In this document: positions 11,456 to 19,148 of the stretch, piece by piece
Layout: each line of letters begins with the position of its first letter
Numbering within the stretch: the stretch's first letter is position 1
Source of the DNA: Tubiluchus corallicola
Taxonomy: Eukaryota > Animalia > Priapulida
Assembly: GCA_030141605.1 (NCBI GenBank)
Contig: JAQGDQ010001964.1
Location: 1-19,148, forward strand
DNA length: 19,148 nucleotides
Reading direction: 5' to 3'
Notes under the pieces: generated by a model
What the model was told of the DNA's origin: nothing
The model's input: only the letters and a program-made list of their open reading frames with translations
Database searches by the model: none
Program-made: the position numbers and the translations under genes

Positions 11456-11712
11456 TTCTTGATGGAAAATTTCTAGTGAGTGTGAACGTTGGGCAGAGCT
11501 AAACAGTTGCTAAACGTACCATCTGGCATTTCACCATGACAAATTCCTATCGCTTTCATAAGAATCACATCCTTGAATGAGACAGTTGAAATCATTTACC
11601 GTGCAATCCTGCTATGACATTTGCAAAGAAACTGCAACTAAAGTTTTTTGCGACAATATTAAGTGCAGGAAGAGATTGTGAGTGCAAAATGTGTGATTCC
11701 ATTCAAAAATTG
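11456..11712. repeat. Module A, copy 3 (257 bp), followed by linker and module B
   Basis: Offset exactly 1866 bp from copy 2 and differing by only a few substitutions. Confidence 0.93.
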
Positions 11713-11788
11713 AAAATTTCGTCTCTGTGAGAAGTAAATTATTCTTCGTGCTGAGATAGTTCACGTATTATTGCGTATTCGTGTTCGT

Positions 11789-12542
11789 TTTGCCTGAGAA
11801 ATAAATTGTGGCTGCATTGCGTTTTTAGTGAATTCAAGCGAGGCTATTGCATCACTTTACTTGGCCAAGCGTTATACAAATATTTTAATACTGTTTATTA
11901 TGACACAAGTTTAATGCAATATCATTTAAAGCATCAGTTCTGTTACCATATTTAGAGTTTTAACCAATAACTTTCCTTCTCTTATTCATACATCAGCTGT
12001 CTACGTTTTTAGTACCATAATTAGTAAAACCATCTGAACCTGCACTGCGTTGCTATCTGGCAAAGGAAATATTATGAAAATAAGTTACACTGCCATGTAA
12101 AAAATCTTTATAATTTTTGCGGAGTGCTGCTTTTAACTGCATCAGCCAGCTGCACGCATGACAAGCAAACCAGAGCCTGCATTGTGCTGCCATCTAGCAA
12201 CAAAAATAATATAACAACACCTTATACTGCCCTGCAACTTAAGGTTCATAATTTCTGTGGAGTACTTGTTTTAAATGCTTTTGACTGTTGTACGCACACA
12301 AAGTCCACCAGAGACTGCACTGTGCTGCCATCTAGCAATGGAAATAAAATGAAAACAGCTTATTCTTCCTTGTAAAAAAGCTTCTTAATTTCTGTAGACT
12401 GCTGATTTTAACTGCACTTGACTGTTATGCACATGGTAAGTTCATCACATGTTGCACTGTGCTGCCATCTAGCAACGGAAATAAAATGAAAGCTGCTTAT
12501 GCTGCCTCGTAAAAAAGCTTGTTAATTTTTGTAGACTGCTGG
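11789..12542. repeat. Module B, copy 2 (754 bp)
   Basis: Offset 1866 bp from copy 1; identical 83-aa ORF translations at 10258 and 12124 confirm the near identity. Confidence 0.93.
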
Positions 12543-13688
12543 TTTTTGCGGGATCTTTGCACAGTTTTTGCGCAATATTTGTACAGCTTTTGCGCAATCT
12601 TTGCCCAGTTTTTGCGCAGTTTTTGCGCAAACTTTGCACAGTTTTTGCTCAATCTTTGCGCAGTTTTTGCGCAATCTTTGCACAGTTTTTGTGCGCTCTT
12701 CTTGGGCAGTTTTTGCGCGATCTTTTTGGGCAGTTTTTGCACAATCTTTGCACAGTTTTTGCGCGATTTTTGCACAGTTTTTGCACGATCTTTGGGCAGT
12801 TTTTGCGCGATCTTTGCACAGTTTTCGCGCAGTTTTTGCATGATCTTTGCACAGTTTTTGCACAGTTTTTGCACGATCTTTGTGCAGTTTTTGCGCGATC
12901 TTTGCACAGTTTTGCGCGATCTTTGCACAGTTTTTGCGCGATCTTTTTGTTCAGTTTTTGCGCAATCTTTGTGCAGTTTTTGCGCAATCTTTGCACAGTT
13001 TTTGAGCGATCTTTGTACAGTTATTGCGCAGTTTTTGCATGATCTTTGCACAGTTTTTGCACAGTTTTTGCCCGATCTTTGTGCAGTTTTTGCGCGATCT
13101 TTGCACAGTTTTGCGCGAAATTTGCACAGTTTTTGTGAGCTCTTTTTGGGCAGTTTTTCGCACTCTTTTTGGGCAGTTTTTGCACAATCTTTGCACAGTT
13201 TTTGCGCGATTTTTGCACAGTTTTTGCACGATCTTTGCGCAGTTTTTGCGCGATCTTTGCACAGTTTTGCGCGATCTTTGCACAGTTTACGCGCGATCGT
13301 TGTGGGCAGTTTTTGCGTAATCTTTGTGCAGTTTTTGCGCAATCTTTGCACAGTTTTTGAGCGATCTTTGTACAGTTATTGCGCAGTTTTTGCGTGATCT
13401 TTGTGCAGTTTTTGCGGGATGTTTGCGCAGTTTTTGTGTGATCTTTGTACAGTTTTTGCGCGATCTTTGCACAGTTTTCGCGCAGTTTTTGCATGATCTT
13501 TGCACAGTTTTTGCGCAATCTTTGCACAGTTTTTGTGCGCTCTTTTTGGGCAGTTTTTGCGCGATCTTTTTAGGCAGTTTTTGCACAATCTTTGCACAGT
13601 TTTTACGCGATTTTTGCACAGTTTTTGCGCAGTTTTTGCGTGATCTTTGCACAATTTGTGCTCAATCTTTGCGCAGTTTTTGCGCAAT

Positions 13689-13873
13689 ATTTCACCATGA
13701 GAAATTCCTATCGCTTTCATAGTAATCATATCCTTCAATGAGACAGTTGAAATTATTTACCGTGCAATCCTGTAATGACATTTGCAAAGAAACTGCAACT
13801 AAAGTTTTTTGCGATAATATTAAGTGCAGTAAGAGATTGTGAGTGCAAAATGTGTGATTCCATTCAAAAATTG
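13689..13873. repeat. Module A, copy 4 (5'-truncated)
   Basis: Starts at ATTTCACCATGAGAAATTCC and shares copy-1 diagnostic variants; offset 5359 bp from copy 1. Confidence 0.9.
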
Positions 13874-14745
13874 TGCAACTTTATGCAGTTTTTGCATGAT
13901 CTTTGGGCATTTCTCACGCAATCTTTGTGCTGATTTTGCACGATCTTTGCACAGTTTTTGCGGGATCTTTGCGCACTTTTTACGAGGCCTTTGAGCAGTT
14001 TTTGCGCAAACTTTGCACAGTTTTTGCTCAATCTTTGCGCAGTTTTTGCGCAATGTTTGCACAGTTTTTGTGCGCTCTTTTTGGGCAGTTTTTGCGCGAT
14101 CTTTTTGGGCAGTTTTTGCACAATCTTTGCACAGTTTTTGCGCAATTTTTGCACAGTTTTTGCACGATCTTTGAGCAGTTTTTGTGCGATCTTTGCATAG
14201 TTTTCGCACAGTTTTCACGATCTTTGTGCAGTTTTTGCGCAATCTTTGCACAGTTTTTGCGCGATCTTTGCACAGTTTTTACACGATCTTTTTGGGCAGT
14301 TTTTGCGCAATCTTTGTGCAGTTTTTTCGCGATCTTTGCACAGTTTTTGCGCGATCTTTGCACAGTTTTTGCTCAATCTTTGCGCAGTTTTTGCGCAATC
14401 TTTGCACAGTTTTTGTGCGCTCTTTTTGGGCAGTTTTTGCGCGATCTTTTTGGGCAGTTTTTGCACAATCTTTGCACAGTTTTTGCGCAATTTTTGCACA
14501 GTTTTTGCACGATCTTTGCGTAGTTTTTGCGCGATCTTTGCACAGTTTTTGCATGATCTTTGCACAGTTTTTGCACAGTTTTTGCGCAATCTTTGCACAG
14601 TTTTTGCGCGATCTTTGCACAATTTTTGCGCGATCTTTGCACATTTTTTACGCGATCTTTTTCGGCAGTTTTTGCGCAATCTTTGTGCAGTTTTTTCGCG
14701 ATTTTTGCACAGTGTTTGCGCGATCTTTGCACAGTTTTTGCGCAG

Positions 14746-15087
14746 TTTGCCTGAGAAATAAATTGTGGCTGCATTGCGTTTTTAGTGAATTCAAGCGAGG
14801 CTATTGCAACACTTTACTTGGCCAAGCGTTATACAAATATTTTAATACTGTTTATTATGACACAAGTTTAATGCAATACCATTTAAAGCATCAGTTCTGT
14901 TACCATATTTAGAGTTTTAACCAATAACTTTCCTTCTCTTATTCATACATCAGCTGTCTACGTTTTTAGTACCATAATTAGTAAAACCATCTGAACCTGC
15001 ACTGCATTGCTATCTGGCAAAGGAAATAATATGAAAGCTGCTTATGCTGCCTCGTAAAAAAGCTTGTTACTTTTTGTAGACTGCTGG
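14746..15087. repeat. Module B, copy 3 (342 bp; lacks 412 bp, i.e. three sub-repeat units)
   Basis: Sub-unit 1 head is fused to sub-unit 4 tail at ATGAAA (15031-15036). Confidence 0.9.
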
Positions 15088-18000
15088 TTTTTGCGGGATC
15101 TTTGCACAGTTTTTGCGCAATATTTGTACAGCTTTTGCGCAATCTTTGCCCAGTTTTTGCGCAGTTTTTGCGCAAACTTTGCACAGTTTTTGCTCAATCT
15201 TTGCGCAGTTTTTGCGCAATCTTTGCACAGTTTTTGTGCGCTCTTCTTGGGCAGTTTTTGCGCGATCTTTTTGGGCAGTTTTTGCACAATCTTTGCACAG
15301 TTTTTGCGCGATTTTTGCACAGTTTTTGCACGATCTTTGGGCAGTTTTTGGGCGATCTTTGCACAGTTTTCGCGCAGTTTTTGCATGATCTTTGCACAGT
15401 TTTTGCACAGTTTTTGCACGATCTTTGTGCAGTTTTTGCGCGATCTTTGCACAGTTTTGCGCGATCTTTGCACAGTTTTTGCGCGATCTTTTTGTTCAGT
15501 TTTTGCGCAATCTTTGTGCAGTTTTTGCGCAATCTTTGCACAGTTTTTGCGCGATTGTTTTGCGCAGTTTTTGCATGATCTTTGCACAGTTTTTGCGCAG
15601 TTTTTGCGCGATCTTTGCACAGTTTTTGCGCAATCTTTGCACAGTTTTTGTGCGCTCTTTTTGGGCAGTTTTTGCGCGAACTTTTTGGGCAGTTTTTGCG
15701 CAATCTTTGCACAGTTTTTGCGCGATTTTTGCACAGTTTTTGCACGATCTTTGCGCAGTTTTTGCGCGATCTTTGCGCAGTTTTCGCGCAGTTTTTGCAT
15801 GATCTTTGCACAGTTTTTGCACGATCTTTGTGCAGTTTTTGCGCGATCTTTGCACAGTTTTTGCGCAATCTTTGTACAGTTTTTGCGGGATCTTTGCCCA
15901 GTTTTTGCGCAGTTTTTGCGCAAACTTTGCACAGTTTTTGCTCAATCTTTGCGCAGTTTTTGCGCAATCTTTGCACAGTTTTTGTGCGCTCTTTTTGGGC
16001 AGTTTTTGCACAATCTTTGCACAGTTTTTGCGCGATTTTTGCACAGTTTTTGCACGATCTTTGCGCAGTTTTTGCGCGATCTTTGCACAGTTTTTGCGCG
16101 ATTTTTGAACAGTTTTTGCGGGATCTTTGCGCAGTTTTTGCTAGGCCTTTGTGCAGTTTTTGCGCAAACTTTGCACAGTTTTTGCTCAATCTTTGTACAG
16201 CTTTTGCGCAATCTTTGCACAGTTTTTGAGCGATCTTTGTACAGTTATTGCGCAGTTTTTGCATGATCTTTGTGCAGTTTTTGCGCGATCTTTGCACAGT
16301 TTTGCACGATCTTTGCACAGTTTTTGCGCGATCTTTTTGGGCAGTTTTTGCGCAATCTTTGTGCAGTTTTTGCGCAATCTTTGCCCAGTTTTTGCGCAGT
16401 TTTTGCGCAAACTTTGCACAGTTTTTGCTCAATCTTTGTGCAGTTTTTGCGCAATCTTTGCACAGTTTTTGAGCGATCTTTGTACAGTTATTGCGCAGTT
16501 TTTGCATGATCTTTGCACAGTTTTTGCACAGTTTTTGCGCAATCTTTGTGCAGTTTTTGCACAATCTTTGCACAGTTTTTGAGCGATCTTTGTACAGTTA
16601 TTGCGCAGTTTTTGCGTGATCTTTGCACGGTTTTTGCGCGATCTTTTTGGGCAGTTTTTGCGCAATCTTTGTGCAGTTTTTGCGCAATCTTTGCCCAGTT
16701 TTTGCGCCGTTTTTGCGCAAACTTTGCACAGTTTTTGCTCAATCTTTGTGCAGTTTTTGCGCAATCTTTGCCCAGTTTTTGCGCAGTTTTTGCGCAAACT
16801 TTGCACAGTTTTTGCTCAATCTTTGTGCAGTTTTTGCGCAATCTTTGCACAGTTTTTGAGCGATCTTTGTACAGTTATTGCGCAGTTTTTGCATGATCTT
16901 TGCACAGTTTTTGCACAGTTTTTGCACGATCTTTGTGCAGTTTTTGCGCGATCTTTGCACAGTTTTGCGCGATCTTTGCACAGTTTTTGTGCGCTCTTTT
17001 TGGGCAGTTTTTGTGCGATCATTTTGGGCAGTTTTTGCACAATCTTTGCACAGTTTTTGCACGATTTTTGCGCAGTTTTTGCACGATCTTTGCGCAGTTT
17101 TTGCGCGATCTTTGCACAGTTTTCGCGCAGTTTTTGCATGATCTTTGCACAGTTTTTGCACAGTTTTTGCACAATCTTTGTGCAGTTTTTGCACAATCTT
17201 TGCACAGTTTTTGCGCGATTTTTGCACAGTTTTTGCGGGATCTTTGCGCACTTTTTACGAGGCCTTTGTGCAGTTTTTGCGCAAACTTTGCACAGTTTTT
17301 GCTCAATCTTTGCGCAGTTTTTGCGCAATCTTTGCACAGTTTTTGCGAGTTTTTGCGCAGTTTTTGCGCAATCTTTGCACAGTTTTTGCGCGATCTTTGC
17401 ACAGTTTTTGCGCGATCTTTGCGCAGTTTTTGCGCGATCTTTGTGCAGTTTTTGCGCAATCTTTGCACAGTTTTTGCGCGAATCTTTGTGCAGTTTTTGC
17501 GCAATCTTTGCACAGTTTTTGCGCAGTTTTTGCGCGATCTTTTTGCACAGTTTTTGCGCAATCTTTGCACAGTTTTTGCGCGATCTTTGTACAGCTTTTG
17601 CGCAGTTTTTGCATGATCTTTGTACAGCTTTTGCGCAGTTTTTGCACAGTTTTTGATCTTTGCACAGTTTTTGCGTGATCTTTGCACAGTTTTTGCGCAA
17701 TCTTTGTGCAGTTTTTGCGCAATCTTTGCACAGTTTTTGCGCGATCTTTGTACAGCTTTTGCGCAGTTTTTGCATGATCTTTGCGCGATCTTTTTGGGCA
17801 GTTTTTGCGCAATCTTTGTGCAGTTTTTGCGCAATCTTTGCACAGTTTTTGAGCGATCTTTGTACAGTTATAGCGCAGTTTTTGCGTGATCTTTGCACAG
17901 TTTTTGCGCGATCTTTTTGAGCAGTTTTTGCGGAATCTTTGTGCAGTTTTTGCGGGATCTTTTTGGGCAGTTTTTGCGCAATCTTTGCGCAGTTTTTGCG

Positions 18001-18391
18001 GGATCTTTGCGCAGTTTTTGCGAGACCTTTGCGCAGTTTTTTCGCAATCTTTGCGCAGTTTTTGCGCGATCTTTGCGCAGTTTTTGCGCAATCTTTGCGC
18101 AGTTTTTGCGCGATCTTTGCACAGTTTTTGCGTGATCTTTGCACAGTTTTTGCGCGATCTTTGCGCAGTTTTTGCGCGATCTTTGCGCAGTTTTTGTGCG
18201 ATCTTTGCGCAGTTTTTGCGCAGTTTTTGCGTGATCTTTGCACAGTTTTTGCACGATCTTTGCACAGTTTTTGCGCGATCTTTGCACAGTTTTTGCGCGA
18301 TCTTTTTGGGCAGTTTTTGCGCAATCTTTGTGCAGTTTTTGCGGGATGTTTGCGCAGTTTTTGCTCGATCTTTGCACAGTTTTTGTGGGAG

Positions 18392-18636
18392 TTCTTGATG
18401 GAAAATCTCTAGTGAGAGTGAACGTTGGGCAGAGCTAAACAGTTGCTAAACGTACCATCTGGCATTTCACCTATTGCTTTCATAGGAATTATATCCTTGA
18501 ATGAGACAGTTGAAATCATTTACCCTGCAATCCTGTAATGACATTTGCAAAGAAACTGCAACTAAAGTTTTTTGCGATAATATTAAGTGCAGTAAGAGAT
18601 TGTGAGTGCAAAATGTGTGATTACATTCAAAAATTG
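18392..18636. repeat. Module A, copy 5 (245 bp; 12-bp internal deletion)
   Basis: Colinear with other A copies; has ATTTCACCTATTGC in place of ATTTCACCATGAGAAATTCCTATCGC. Confidence 0.9.
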
Positions 18637-19148
18637 TGCAACTTTATGCAATTTTTGTACGATCTTTTGGCATTTCTTGCCCAATCTTTGTGCAGTTTTT
18701 GCGAGACCTTTGCGCAGTTTTTGCGCAATCTTTGCACAGTTTTTGCGCGATCTTTGCACAGTTTTTGCGCAGTTCTGCGTGATCTTTGCACAGTTTTTTG
18801 CGTCTTTGCTCAATCTTGGTGCAGTTTTTGCGCAACCTTTGCACAGTTTTTGCGGGATCTTTGCACAGTTTTTGCGCAGTTTTGCGTGATGTTTGCACAG
18901 TTTTTGCGCAATCTTTGCACAGTTTTTGCGCAATCTTTGCACAGTTTTTGCGCAGTTTTTGCGTGATCTTTGCACAGTTTTTTTTGCGTGATCTTTGCAC
19001 AAAAATTGCGCAACTTTATGCAGTTTTTACGCAATCTTTGGGCATTTCTTGCGCAATCTTTGTGTAGTTTTTGCGCGATCTTTGCACAATTTTTGCGCGA
19101 TCTTTGCACAGTTTTTGCGTGATCTTTGCGCAGTTTTTGCGCGATCTT

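Larger units (their letters stand above)
6051..19148. repeat. Composite satellite array of 11-bp monomers (GCACAGTTTTT / GCGCGATCTTT; 22- and 33-bp higher-order units), running off the window end
   Basis: Hundreds of head-to-tail monomers, all in one orientation. Satellite tracts lie at about 6051-8257, 8515-9589, 10677-11455, 12543-13688, 13874-14745, 15088-18391 and 18637-19148, separated by modules A and B. Confidence 0.98.

Noticed and set aside
5881-19109. Over a hundred long overlapping ORFs (up to 502 aa) as protein-coding genes
   Set aside because: They occur in all six frames with the same cyclic peptide because the 22-bp unit lacks stop codons; 1-2 bp indels are frequent and no frame is preferred.
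6051-19148. CRISPR array or repeat-spacer system
   Set aside because: Monomers are head-to-tail with no unique spacers, the interspersed modules are copies of each other, there are no cas genes and the context looks eukaryotic.
6051-19148. Telomeric repeat array
   Set aside because: The monomer lacks the G-run pattern of telomerase repeats I know, is heterogeneous and is interrupted by long modules; a subtelomeric location cannot be judged from this window.

Overview
AT-rich, apparently eukaryotic (animal-like) non-coding DNA; no protein-coding gene, RNA gene or CRISPR array can be supported. Bases 1-6050 are mostly unique sequence containing an (ATT)n microsatellite, two adjacent minisatellites (26 bp and 29 bp units), a 12-bp hairpin, a degenerate ~0.8 kb inverted repeat (possible MITE relic), a 25-bp direct repeat and scattered YY1/CRE/CTCF-like motifs. 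From ~6051 to the end of the window is a composite satellite built from two 11-bp monomers (X=GCACAGTTTTT, Y=GCGCGATCTTT), interrupted by five copies of a ~257-bp module A and three copies of a ~754-bp module B. Module B holds a diverged 137-bp sub-repeat with a CTCF-like motif. The 22-bp XY unit has no stop codon in any of the six frames, which explains the dense ORF track; those ORFs are treated as artefacts. The most interesting points are the nested repeat architecture, the helically phased T-tracts, a CpG-deamination signature, microhomology at module junctions and a propagated micro-inversion. I see no firm evidence for a new gene system.
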